In this document: piece after piece, positions 12,241 to 24,769 of the stretch
Position numbering within the stretch: position 1 is the first letter of the stretch
Layout of the letters: every line of letters begins with the position of its first letter
Notes under the pieces: generated by a model
Told to the model about the DNA's origin: nothing
The model's database searches: none
Seen by the model: only the letters and a program-made list of their open reading frames with translations
Assembly (NCBI RefSeq): GCF_001194135.2
Contig: NC_068993.1
Coordinates: 31,949,241 to 31,986,339, forward strand
Direction of reading: 5' to 3'
From: Octopus bimaculoides
Lineage: Eukaryota
DNA: 37,099 bases
Position numbers and translations under genes: made by a program

Positions 12241-12630
12241 ATTTAACAGAGGTGAGCATTTATGATAAACGGGTTATTTTTACCGTCAATAAATCTGATA
12301 CTGTTAATCAAATATATCTATCAATTTATTGTGAACTCTACGTATACCATGTCTCCGACTTTTTTGATAACATGAAGAATTGAATTCATCTCTTCAAAAT
12401 GAAAAACCGTTTATCAGAGCAGTGAATTGCTTCCACAAGCATCTACCTGTTTACCATAACTAATTTCTCACTATCACCATGTTCATTTCGGATTTAAATG
12501 TCTTGGTTATCAATAAACTGCAGGGACAAGGAAGTAGCAACTGTCACTTCTCTTGTGGTTGTCTTTACCCTATTCATCTTCTTGTTTTGTCAGAAATACT
12601 GAACTAAATTCCTCCAAAACAGGTGAGTGA
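12231..12630 (+). repeat. Non-coding module B, copy 2
   Basis: See copy 1; this copy ends in aaacag|gtgagt. Confidence 0.6.
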
Positions 12631-12944
12631 TGTTAAAAACTTTCAATGTCGAACCCTATTTTCAGCAATAAACTAAACATCACAAAAGATTTATAAAACT
12701 TCAGTATACAATACAATGCACTACTCAATACATCACAATTCCAAGAAAATGTGATTTTCCAAAATTAACATGTTTAATATTTCTTCTGAGTTTATGTTAC
12801 TATAAGCTATTTTAAGGCTTTATAGACTCCAAATCCTAAATGAGCAAAGGCCAGAAAAGTTTTGGTATTAGAATGAACTGTAAGCACTAAACCTTGTGTT
12901 TGCCAGAGAAATCACTAGTCTATGACCTGCAGGCTTTTTTCCAT

Positions 12945-15888
12945 TATTTGTTCAGGATGTAAGGGACTCTCAACAAAGTTGAACAGTAGGTCTTCAGAGA
13001 AGAAACCTTTTTCTGGCAAGAGTTTCGACCTTTAACTTCTTACACTCTAACGAGGCCATGCTGCATCAGGGTCATTAATACTGGCTACCCTTCTGCTGAC
13101 ACCTTTTATCTTCTTGGATATCGGAGGCGTGTGCATTTAGACTGCTTGAAGATTTCATCTAGCTGTAACTCCTATCCGTTGACTCAGCTTTCAAACTCAC
13201 ACTTAAACAAGAAATAATGTTGCTTCTCATGGTAGCGGTGAAACGTCAACGCTACCACAATGACTTACTTAGAGTTACTTCCCTTATCACCCAGGATCGT
13301 CTCATTTTCCCCCATTCACTAGGTTGGTATTCGAATGCAGGAGATCATAGACAAATCTGAGGATAAAACTTATTCTAAGACGCACCATACACCACAAGTC
13401 GTTCTAGCTGTGACAATTCTGGAGTTTACCTTCCTACGTCGTCCACTGGTCTTTTTGACACTGCTGTACTGCCTTCCGGATTCTTATGGCACCCTCTTCC
13501 CTTTTCGCTACCTGTAAAATCAGACCTCTCCTCATGCTTTGCCTGCCCTCAGACCACCTTTGCATTTTCGTTTGGCCCAGTCCCTGCTTAATGGCCTGAG
13601 TGTGTCCCATTATTTGTCTGGTCATAGGCTTTCTTTAGTTACATCCACCACCTCCTGAACTTTCCATTTCCCTCCTGTCTTCAGCATGGGCCAGATCGAC
13701 CTCACGATTTTGTCTTTCGTGTCTTCAAGCATGGTTCAGAGCCTTGATTTTCTGACACTGTGTTCTTCAATGATGGATTTGATAGATAACTTCACATTGG
13801 CCTTGCGACAGCAGAATGCAACATCAGTAAAATCTGGTCGGACACCTAGCCACTTCCTTGTTTACTTGTTGATTTTGGCTTTCATGTCCTCCACTGTACT
13901 GATATTGTAAATCAGTAGAGGCCGTAGAAGGTTTGGGATTAATAAGAATAAACCTTGAATTTATCGGAAAGGCCATACTGTTCTATGAGCTGCAAATGGT
14001 TTTCTACCATTTGTTTGGTTTCGGTTCTCGTTTCGTATCTTTTAGGGAGTCGTCAAACTACCTTCCGTAAAATTTAGGCGAACACGACTGTTTCCGCTAA
14101 TTTACCTTTCTTCATAGAATTTCCGGGGTTTCTTTGGTTTGACCCTAATTCTGCATGATGCAACTACTTCGTCCAACTGTTTCAGTAACCTACTTGCTTC
14201 ATCCTTCTTTATGAAAAGGACTGTGGTATTGTCCATGAAAGATTTTAGAGGCGGCGCCCGAAATTCCTCTCCAAGTTCTATTGGATTTAACCATCCCATT
14301 GCTGCCTTCAGGATGATCTAAACTGCCAACAAAAATCGCACAGCTCGTAACTTTCCCGACTTCGAAATTTATCCAGGCACTTGTGTACGCTTCGGTGGAG
14401 AATCAATAGAGAAACCACGGAAATACTTTTTCAACATTTGTCGGGCGTTCTTTGGAACATGATACAACTCAAGAGCTAGTCGAATCACCTTCTTTGGGCC
14501 CATACCATAAACATTCGCTAGACTGAGTCATGCCACATCAATATCTCTCTTTTCTGTTCCAGCCCTTTGGATTTCCTCTCAAATCAATGAGGCATGTTCT
14601 ACTCAATCCGACGCTCCAGGGAGGCCTCATTTCTCAACTAACATATCCAAGTACTTATTCTGTGAGGTATTTAGTTAACCTTACTGCCATAACAAAGACA
14701 TTTTTCCTTCAACGTTCAGACGTAATGTTGGTCTGAATTGCCTGATGTCCCTTGAGTTCTGCGCTTTCGGAATGTATACTCCTTCGGCTCTCATTCATTG
14801 GTCACTCATCTTCAAGTCCTTCCATACTGATCTTAGCAATTTGTGGGGTCAGTGAAGGACACTTAGGCATTTCTTGTACAACAGGTATGGTATTCTGTTT
14901 GGCCCTGGTGATAATTTGGCCTTGGCTTTCTTGACCATTTTCCTTACTCCACACACCGTGTTGGTGGTCTGTCGTACAATTTCCTGACAGAGCAGGACAC
15001 AACAGACCGTAGATTGCAATTGACGTCCCACTCTGATTGTTTGAATATGTTACCCTAAAGATGTTGCTCAGGGGCTATTTTTCTGCTGTGAGTGTCCCAG
15101 ATGTTGGCTGCTCGAATAGTTTTCTGAAGAATTCGAAAGATTCTCTGAAGAAGAAATCTCGTTTCTTTTTCCTTCTGTTTCTTCTCTTCCTTGATTCTCA
15201 AATAGCAAGTCAACTTTCATCTACTTCTTCAGATAGCCTGTCCTGCTTTTGGATGTTATCCATCTCTCGCTGGCATCTGGATTTCTGGAGAGGAGATTTC
15301 AGTTTTGAATCTCTAGCTCCATAGGTGTCTCAGAACATTGTATAAACAATATCTTCGAATGTGGCAGGCTTGTGTTCCAGAGTGCTCTTTCCTATGAGCA
15401 CATATAGTTTCTGGACTATTTCCCGGTTTTTCATTCTTCTTTTGCACTTGCAGGCAGCAAGTTGAGCTTACAGCTTCTTGTCTCAAGAACATGTGTGGTT
15501 TGAATACTTGCCCTGGTCTTCCACAGTCTTATAAGCTGGAGAAATGAGTTGCTATTCATTCAACTTTTTCGACCTGTGGATCTTCATGCCGCGCACAGTG
15601 GAGACTCTACTTTCACAAATACATAAGAATCCCATTTGTCCTGTGCTCATAATCCGACATGGATTCCTGGTCCTAAGTATTATTTTACCAATGGGTTCAT
15701 AATTTTCACCCTTTCTCGGTGAACTCTGAGAGTATCTTTCATTGCTGGAACTCGCAACCTTATAATATCGACGGCAAAGCGGAAGCTAAGCCTCAGAGCT
15801 TGTGTATCTTGTCGTTCATTGTATCACCCGATCTTTCTCGGACGTCCTCCGGCCTGTTCTCGGAAATCAGTGGTCTAACCATGTGTCA
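12945..15888 (-). mobile_element. Hero-like (R2-superfamily) non-LTR retrotransposon, decayed, lacking the CCHC/REL region
   Basis: N-terminal CICESRVSTVRGMKIH finger-like motif; KAKAKLSPGPNRIPYLLYKKC; VAWLSLANVYG; APPLKSFMDNTT..RVKPKK; LRISFILRFVYDLLHSNTNLV. It then jumps near 13270 into the 3' UTR shared with copy 2. Confidence 0.82.
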
Positions 15889-16720
15889 ACAGAGCTGAAC
15901 AGCAGAGGCTTCTCTGGCAAGAGTTTCATCCTTTAACTTCTTACACTCTAACGAGGTCATGCTGCATCCAGGTCATTACTCTTGGCCACCTTCTACTGGC
16001 ACTTTTTATCCTCTTGGATATCGAAGTCGTGTGCATTTAAATCACTTGGAGATTTCATCTAATTGTAACTTCACTCCATTGACAGTTAAAAAAGAAAAAA
16101 CGTTACTTGTTATGATAGCGGTGAAACATCTACGTTATCAGAATGACACGCACAGAATTATTTCCCTTAGCGTTAAAATACCAAAATATTTTTTCAAAAT
16201 GTGTGGAGGTCGTTCTTGTTTCTCCTCTACCCGATCCAGTTTTAACACTTCTCTGCTATTTCTGATATTGCTTTTAGGGCTTCGGTCCTGATCTTTCCAG
16301 AGACTGAGAGTTGTTTCATTAGATAGTAAGCAAATTTTCGAACGAAACCTCTGTGGCGAGAAGCTTGACACGACATCGGCTTCTCTCAATCTGTGGGCCG
16401 GACTGGGTTGTTCTTCTATTCTGTTTCCAAACGTCACTGTGAGTTCAATCAAAATCAGTCGCTTTGATGAACCGGCATGGAGTATCATATCCGGCCTCAA
16501 GCCAGTCTTCCTAATGATCTCTGGTTGTTTGTTGACCCTGGGACTGCTGAGAGCTCCCCGTCATCTGCACCACCTAGGAAATTTCTTTCTTATGCTCTGT
16601 ATAGCATGGCTATTCCTGTCCATGATTTGCAGCTTCCTACCGTATAGAGTGTTGCTGGAAATTCTGTTTTCACTCTTGCCGTATTTACCACGTATACTAT
16701 CTCATTAAGCACTTTGGTTG
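15889..16720 (-). mobile_element. 5'-truncated Hero-like copy: REL endonuclease + 3' UTR
   Basis: RPDMILHAGSSKRLILIELTVTFGNRIEE (PD..E REL motif) and a degenerate R.YTW near 16690. Segment 15889-16170 aligns with 12950-13265. Confidence 0.82.
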
Positions 16721-17029
16721 TGCCTCCGTGTGTAACTTATTTATGTTTTTATAAATTATTTATTATTCTATAAGTTATTTATGAACGCTATTTATGACTT
16801 CATAAGTTATTTGTAGCAATAGATGCAACAATAAAACATGCTAAGCGTCTCATATAAATAGCAGCTATTTAAAAGAAGACTTTATAAAAAAAAACTCATT
16901 TATGAATACAGAACGTTTAAAGAGAAAAAGTATATTATATAAAATGTTATTTATTTTTTAAACCACGAAATATTTTAATGTAGAAGAGTCCATTTACTAT
17001 TTTCAGGAATTAGAAACTGAATACTTGTG

Positions 17030-17310
17030 TACGTACATACATACATGCATACATACATACATACATACATACATACATACATAAATGGGAACTTACTTGC
17101 ACGCATACATACACATCTAGATATTGACATATATACACATGGGTTCCTGCAGTATTTTGACATATATACGTATATATTAACATACATGCACACATAAATA
17201 TGTGCTCGTACATACATATACGCATACACACACACACACATACATACATACATACATACATACATACATGCGTACATGGATACATACACAATCGTACACA
17301 GATACATATA
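17030..17310. repeat. (TACA)n-rich microsatellite
   Basis: Directly visible. Confidence 0.9.
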
Positions 17311-17359
17311 TGAGTACAAATTCTTCTAATCAACCATCTGTATACAGGATAATACAGAA

Positions 17360-19150
17360 TAACTATATCTTTGTCTAAAGAATCATTTCTCCAGAAGATC
17401 TGAAATCTCTTTGGTCTAAGATCTAGAATCAAAGGAGATATTTTTATCAGAATTCTTAATGTTTAGCCATTATCAAGAAACAATTCTGTACGAACAACAG
17501 TAAAATCGACGTTGTAACTTTCGCTAAAGTTATAGAAAAGCTGCAAAATAGGAAGGCACCGGGAAGAGATATAATATTTGGATATTGGTACAAGATGTTG
17601 ACCTTCAACAGGAAGTCGCACTTCCGAAGAACTATAGAAGGTCAAATTGTTACAGCAAATTGCTTTACCATACCATAGACAAATCTTGTAACTAAAGATA
17701 AAAGTACTGACTTGAATGAGAACTCTAAGCTTATTGCTTTTCTTTGTCTTTCAGTCAGGAGAGAAAGTAATGCCTATGTCACTTTACAGAGCCTCTGAGA
17801 TGAGGGAAATTGGAAGGTACCCTTAAAACTGAGGCCAAATGCTTGCAACAGAGTGAGTTTCGCTGAAGGTACCAGGTGGTAGCGCTAAACCAGGCAACTG
17901 ATTAAGTCTACCAAGCCATGGTGCGATTTGAACTCAGAACACAAAAACTTGGAACAGATACCGCAAAACGACGTTTTGCAGTTTTCATTCTTATAGCTCC
18001 ACCAGCGTTCTTACTGTTCCACCAATCCATCACCCTGAATTGATACCTTTTTATTAGCCTCGAAAGAATAAAAAGCAAAATTAAAATCGGTGGGATTTGA
18101 ACTCAGAGTGCAGAGTGTCTCAAAAAATACGACGTGGCATTTTATCCGGCACTTTAATAACCCTGCCCATTCACCGCTATATAATTTTTGTAGAAACTGT
18201 ACACCAGCTGTCTTAAATTCCTTCAAGGCCATTATACTTGATATTTTAGTGATTGAGGAACGTGTAAGTGGAAAGAACAGGTTGTAGGAATACAGCGAAC
18301 ATTTTATAAAGTGTGATAGTGGAATTGAAAAACACGGAAGAAACATCAGGGTTTGATTTCAGAAATGCACTCAATTCTCCTCTCATGGATACTGAAATCA
18401 CTGTAGTTGGTTGGCACAACTTCTGCCTTGGCTGCTGCCATTGAAAATCTTAACAGTCCTGCTCAGCAATCCTTACATTTGTAACTGATATTACAGATAT
18501 TGCAAAGGAAGTATTAAAAGAGGATAGCTTTACTCTTCTCCAATTTATTTCGGCACTAAATCTCCTCTTCCAAAATTACCGGATATATACTTTTTGTAAA
18601 GAAAATGACAACAGGTGACAGTCATTACTGAGTTATAATAGTGGGAAACCGCTAGATTTAGTAACATCTTTTGTTATTACAGAAAGGAATTTGTCCAAAA
18701 GAAACTTTTAAATACGACCGTTAGTTTACGTCAGTTTTCTTTGTTCCACGCAATGTAACAAATAATTCAATATTGATAAAATACCTAGGTATTCATAACT
18801 AATATACAAAGTTATATCTTGGAAGGATCATTACACCATTAAAAATAACACGCGCTGATTCAATATCACTTCTTTATTGTTAGTCAATTGAATACAAAGT
18901 TGCTCTCATAAAAAAGTGTGACTAAGAAATTTTTTCGAACTGAAAAGCTATGGGAGTCAAAGAATTTCTCTTACAGCAAGACAATACCCTACACTATATT
19001 TGTAGTAACACTACTGAAACTAACATATAGGATTCTTGACTGGTCTATAGAGGAAATCCCATCCTTCTCTAGACATTAAAACCTTGCAAGATCCTGACAC
19101 CAACTGAAAATCTCATAAAAAAATTGAAAAGTGGATTGATCCTTTAAGTG
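17360..19150 (+). mobile_element. Decayed R4/Dong LINE RT region, interrupted by SINE sequence
   Basis: KLQNRKAPGRDIIFGYWYKML (about 17535-17600); EVLKEDSFTLLQFISALNL (about 18510-18570); KYLGI (about 18780); KLWESKNFSYSKTI..TYRILDWSIEEI (about 18940-19060). These pieces are collinear with the minus-strand Dong copy. Confidence 0.7.
17900..18180 (+). mobile_element. SINE tail fragments (atttgaactcaga-type cephalopod SINE 3' segments)
   Basis: Two atttgaactcaga cores (near 17926 and 18095) with cgaaag.at.aaa.gcaaa context; recalled octopus SINE tail. Confidence 0.5.
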
Positions 19151-19279
19151 TTCAATGATAATATACACGCAACATCTGCTAAACAACGGCAGTAAAATTA
19201 CATACAGTAGCTAACACCTCAAAAATTAATTGAAAGACATTCTATGTATTCCTTCCTTCCAAATATTATCAATTTATTC

Positions 19280-20660
19280 TATAGGTGGATGTCACGGTTC
19301 TACTGCCGAATCAAAACACACTGGGACACTAGTCACCTGAGGCAGCTCAAAGTATGCCCGATCACCGCCAGCAGAAAATCCCCACTCTGGAAAATTGAAT
19401 GGCTCTTAGTATGGCTACTCAAACGGTTACTAGCACACATACCAGCACACCTGAAGAACAACTGGCAACTTGTAGACTTTCAGCCTAAATGTACAATCCA
19501 TGTATACCAGCATATGGCTGGCTGATGCTATACGAACTACTGAGGAACGATTAGAAAGTGACCAGAATCTGGCAGCAAATTTCTCACTAACGAACCTCAT
19601 ACCCTGCACAGAAACACCATGCTCTGACAACACAGCAACCCCCACAAAGGGATCGAAACTCAGTAGGATCCTGGATCCATACCTTGGATGACCTGAAACG
19701 CAGGGCCCTCCATGCAGGATGGCACATCACATTATACCGAAGAAACTTCGATGATGCTCTTCTCCTAACTTGCTCTAGGGACGAGGCAGTCAGGATTCAC
19801 GATATCTTCAACGACTTCTACCACAACATGCATTTCAACATTGAACACTCAGCCGTGAATGGTTCGCCAAGCTGCTTGGCTGTCAACGCAACGTTTCATT
19901 TGCCTTGGGTCATGCCACAATCCGATTGTTCGAGAAAAAAGGCAAAAAAAAAACATTTTCTTTCAATCGGATTCGGCATAATCAAAGGCTTTGATCCACG
20001 ACAACAAAAACAACAACATCAACAACGACAGTCACTGTGATAACAGCAGCGTCAACAACCTCAATTGCGACGAAAGACTGAAACAGAAAAGTAAACAATG
20101 GACCTCCGTTAATCTGCGATGCTATAAAGTGACGGTAGGGACATAATCAGGAAATGATACCACACGCTCAGACGTTAGCTTCTGCACCAAATGAACACTG
20201 GATGTATGCTAACTAAACTACCTTCCAATCAAAACAATGCAACAAACAGACAGCATCCAGCTGTGTTTTAAATTGTGTACCAACTGATATCCTCTTGCAA
20301 AGAGACGTAAATAGGTTCAACCAGAAGAAAACTTCCCCATAGAGTGAAGGAACATCTCCGCAAAGTTACACCACCCAGCGTCCTGTTCCCACACTACCAA
20401 CATTGTCGTGCGGATTTGTCCACCAGCATATTGGCGAGGGTGTCGGGTGCAGTTAACTTCAGAATCACAGAGGCCCACTTAATTAGGAAGAAGAGACCTA
20501 ACCTTAACCGCCGTAATGAGTTCGATGGGAGTAAATACATCTATTGCTTCCAGCATCTTTAACTGGCACCAGCAGTAATCATCATCACATAAGCGCAAAA
20601 AGAAAGAACGTCTGGTGTAGAATCATTGATTCGAAAGAGCTCATGAGATAAAATTTATTA
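19280..20660 (+). mobile_element. Decayed Penelope-like element (RT + GIY-YIG)
   Basis: FYCRIKTH..LKVCPITAS.KSPLWKIEWLL; YRRNFDDALLL..IFNDFYHNMHFNIEH (RT); VYQLISSCKET*IGSTRRKLPHRVKEHL and RITEAHLIRKKRPNLNR (GIY-YIG). Confidence 0.82.
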
Positions 20661-21016
20661 CCCAGCAACCAGGCTCTCAACAAGCTACACGCGATATTTA
20701 GGTTAAACGCTCTATATATTTCTCTATCTATTTATATATCAATTTATCTGTCTGTCTATCTATCTATCTATATTTCGCTGTCTACTTATTTATCTACCTA
20801 TCTACTAGTGTATCCACTTCCATATGAATCTTTTATATATCCTTCATCTTTTACATCTATAAGTTTTTTATATCTCTAAATCTATCACGAAAATTAAACT
20901 TCATCAAACCTCCTTTTATCTCACTCTCCTCTTTCACCTTCTAAAACCTTTCCTACTAACGGCATTTCCCTGTTGTCTTACCATATCTGTACACGCGCGT
21001 GCGTTTGAGTTTGTAA

Positions 21017-23030
21017 GTGTCTCTTCTATTTTTCTAATTATTATAAATCTTCCACTGAGGAGGGAGCCGATTTCCAACAGAGATACAGGGCTCCATATTT
21101 GGGATATAGTTAATACAGACAAATTCACATTTAGAACGAGAAAAGTCTTGCATATTTTTACTGTTCCACTCACAGATTGCACTTGTAATGTACGAATTAG
21201 CCGCTTGATTTCTCTTTCTGAAAATCCCAGTTTATCCAGGTTCTCTTTTAAGCGTTTGCTAACAAAACCAAGTGCTCCAATTATTATTACTATGAATATG
21301 AATTCATAGTCTGGGTATAGAAGCTGGAGGTTTAGAAGTAGTTGTCCATAAATATCTTTTTCTTTGATTTTCAAAGAGATATTTATATCTGCGGGGCAGC
21401 TGACCAGTATGATGGTACATAGCTTTGCCTCTCTGTCTCAAACAACAATATCCGGCCTGTTATGTTTACATTTGACAGAAGTTTTGGTGGGAATATTCCA
21501 CCAGTATTCCTTGAGCTGGTGTTTATGAATGTATTCCATAAGAGATGTTTTAGCAACAACATCGTGCCGCATAGGGAGGCAGTACCATGACGACATTTTA
21601 GGGCAGCTGCTAATTTACATGCGTTTGTGATCCACAGAAACATGGCATAGCCTACATAGGCGTTTGCATCTTGTTCACCAGGTACCTTGTAACAATTTCC
21701 TGTTCCTGGATTGCATACGCATGGCCCTCAAAGTGTGATGCGCGTATCCAAGAGAGACTGCGCTTCGTGTCAATTCTACTGTCTTCTTCCAGCTTCCGGG
21801 CAACATGCCGTGCAAAGTCATTTTTTTTTACTTTTTTGCTGAGTGCTTTCCAGCTAAGTCTTCTCTGAGGTAAGAGAGCCCAGCTGTTTGGGGGCTGTAT
21901 AGGAGATCATGAGAAAGAGAGTGTTTCATGGGAAGCTCACTGCTAACTCGAACATTGTTGCTTTCTTCACTTTTCAGCACTGCATTAATATATTTATTTT
22001 TGCTGCTGTCGTTTAGCAAGTGCTGCCTGAGTGACGCCATACGGCATTCGAAGGCCGTCTGCACTGATCTCAGGCCTCTACCACCATCATTTCTTCTTAG
22101 GTAGAGGCTGTCAACATTACTGTCTCTGTGAAAGTTCCCAGTTGTTGTCAGGATTTCGCGGGTTATGATATCTATGGCGTGGATTTCCTCTACAGACCAA
22201 TCAAGTATCCCAAATGTTGGGATCAGCACTGGTACTGCAAACGCATTGTGGAATATTGTTTTGTTGTAAGAGGAGAGTTCCGACTGCCATATTTTCCTAA
22301 GTCTGATGTAATATTGTCGGGTCACTCTATTTTTGTTCACATGCCTTCATATGATACATTTTCGTCTATGCCTAGGTACTTGTAATATTCTTTGACTGAA
22401 ATGGGGGAGATAGAGAGACCGTTGAGGTACAGGTTTTGGTTATGTGGGACTGACTTTCTTCGTTCTATAACCAAATATGAACATTTCTTTTGGTCAAACT
22501 CCATGCCTATTTCAACTTAAAATGTTATTAAGTTGTTTTTTTTTTCTGTGGTGGGTGGGCATTGCTAACACTTTTAGCATTAATTTTCAGGTCGTCTACG
22601 AAGAAATTGAGTTACATTGATATTTCTAGCATCTGAAGATCCTAGCATGTAACCATTTGTTTTCTGCAGTAGGAACGATAATGGATTTAGTACCAAAATG
22701 AAAATAAGTACAGAAAGATTATCTCTCTGGAATATTCCCTTTGAAATGCCTATACTATCAAAAACAATTATTCTGTTCTCAGTTGTAAGGGTAAGAATTG
22801 TTGACCGTGTCTTTCTGAGTCTCTCTTTAGCAGCAATTAAAGTAGTAGGTACTTTTGTCAGATGTAGGCGGTTCAATACTCATGTATGAGGGATAGAATC
22901 GAATGCCTTCTTATAGTCAAGCCATACTGTCACACGGTTTCTACATTGTTTTCTTACTTCAGACAGTACAGTTTTGTTTATTAAAAGTTGTTCGGCATAT
23001 CCCCACACTCCCTTCTTTCTATCAGCCTCT
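21017..23030 (-). mobile_element. 5'-truncated R4/Dong LINE (RT + REL endonuclease + 3' UTR)
   Basis: WLDYKKAFDSIPH; KGIFQRDNLSVLIFILVLNPLSFLL; PVLIPTFGILDWS..LYLRRNDGGRGL; RPDIVV; IIIGALG..QVQSVSGTVKICKTF. Frameshifted. Confidence 0.88.
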
Positions 23031-23109
23031 GTATGTATGTATATATGTATGTATGTGTATGTAATTGTCTGATTATTGTATCAACCAGGCAACATTTGGT
23101 GGCTACAAT

Positions 23110-23369
23110 GATATACGTGCATATATAAAGCTCCTTCCTGAGTCACATATGCTCATGTGGTCTGTTTCCGGGATTCTCTGGCGTATATGTTACCCCTTGA
23201 CGGGACTCTGGTCCATCGCAGGAATGCTCACTTTTGCCAGGTGAGAGAACTGGAGCAACGCAAAATTAAGAGTTATGCTTCAGAACACAATGCACCACCC
23301 GGTTCATAAAGCGAAATCAGAATCTTACGATCACGAGTCCAATACTCGAACCACTGAGCTGCGCATCTC
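23110..23369 (-). mobile_element. tRNA-derived SINE with conserved central core
   Basis: Reverse complement begins gagatgcgcagctcagtggttcgag (A-box-like) with a decayed B box, then ttgctccagt.c.ctca.ctggcaaaa and cctgcgatggaccag core motifs. Confidence 0.75.
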
Positions 23370-23379
23370 AACTACAAAC

Positions 23380-23945
23380 ACACACAGACACACACGCACA
23401 CATACAGACACACAAACACACACTCACACACACACCCACACACACACCCACACACACCCACACACACACACATTGACGTTTCGACTCAGTGTAAATTGAA
23501 TCTATTAATATAAATATATATATTTATGCTCAAATATTCATCGTCTGAAAGTCTCCACTTTTTGCTTTCTCTCGTTTTGCATATATACATGTATATATAC
23601 ATATACATATAGATGTGTATATACATATATATATATATAGATGTATATANNNNNNNNNNNNNNNNNNNNNNNNNNNNNNNNNNNNNNNNNNNNNNNNNNN
23701 NNNNNNNNNNNNNNNNNNNNNNNNNNNNNTATATATGTATATATATATATATATATATTGTATTTGATGCTCAAGCTATTATATTTAATATATTTAATTT
23801 GTTTATCCACATAATTTCCTCCATGTATGTATGCATGTGTATGGTATTGTATGTATATATGTATGTATGTATGTATGTATGTGCACCTGTCTTCGTCTTT
23901 TGCTTTTCTGTCAATTTCAACTATGTATGTATGTATGTATGTATG
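23380..23945. repeat. (CA)n, (TA)n and (TATG)n arrays with gap 23650-23729
   Basis: Directly visible. Confidence 0.8.
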
Positions 23946-23950
23946 TACAG

Positions 23951-24330
23951 TTGAACTTTAACCAAATTTTGGAAAGCAATTTTTGCATTTAATTCCATGA
24001 TTCCGTTTCGGAAATAAATACGATTGATTAGAAAATTTTTTGTGGCAGATTAAAAATATTTATTTGAAATAAGTAGGATTGCAGAAATGACATATAATGT
24101 CTCCACTTCAACACACTAAGATATTAAAAAGAGAAGATTTCAGGCTCTGAAGGACACTGGAATTATAAGTAGGCTTGAAATATTGCAAATATTCATCGTC
24201 ATTTATATCTATCAAAATTTATCGATTGCCTTGTTATTAAAGATATCGCTTGATAAGCAATTGAAAATATGATCAATATTTACTTCGACACTTCATAAAA
24301 TCGATTTCTGTTTTATAAAAATGCAAGACA
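23951..24330 (+). repeat. Dispersed non-coding module A, copy 4
   Basis: Aligns with copy 3: ttcagg, ataagt.gcttgaa.tattgcaaatattc, aattgaaaa.atgatcaa, cgacactt. Confidence 0.65.
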
Positions 24331-24769
24331 ATAGTAGCATTCTTCTTTTTCAACAAGATACTCATTACTTAAATCCGATTAGTAATTTCTAATGAAAACT
24401 TTTGTTTCGTTTCTTTTGTTTTTTCTCGGGGCGTTTTTTGTTTTTGTAGGTAATCACCGCAAATCTTTTCGTCACGTCGGGAATATGTGGTGAATTGTGC
24501 CACTTTCTGTTTCTCAAATTGATTTTATTTACTTAAAAATCTACAGTTACAGGAACACAAACACCTTGTTGTTTGAATTATTTTATAATGATGGAAACAT
24601 TTGATAAGTCTTGAAATAATAAAAATAACAGTTGTTTCTAAAATAGGGGTATATGTTGTATGTAAGTTAAATTTTACAAGAAAACAGTTGACAGTGACTT
24701 GTCACCTTGAAAGTCTTTGTCAACCTTAGCTTTATATGTGCGTGTGTAGAAATAGAGGTTCTTTTTTCA

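Noticed and set aside
12490-12605. Short hydrophobic peptide MSWLSINC...FLFCQKY in module B2
   Set aside because: The frame is not conserved in paralogue B1.
13015-13075. CTGATG...GAAAC on the minus strand of the Hero 3' UTR as a hammerhead
   Set aside because: A9 is missing, extra bases precede stem II, stem I does not pair, and the paralogous UTR (about 15920-15975) disrupts the motif.
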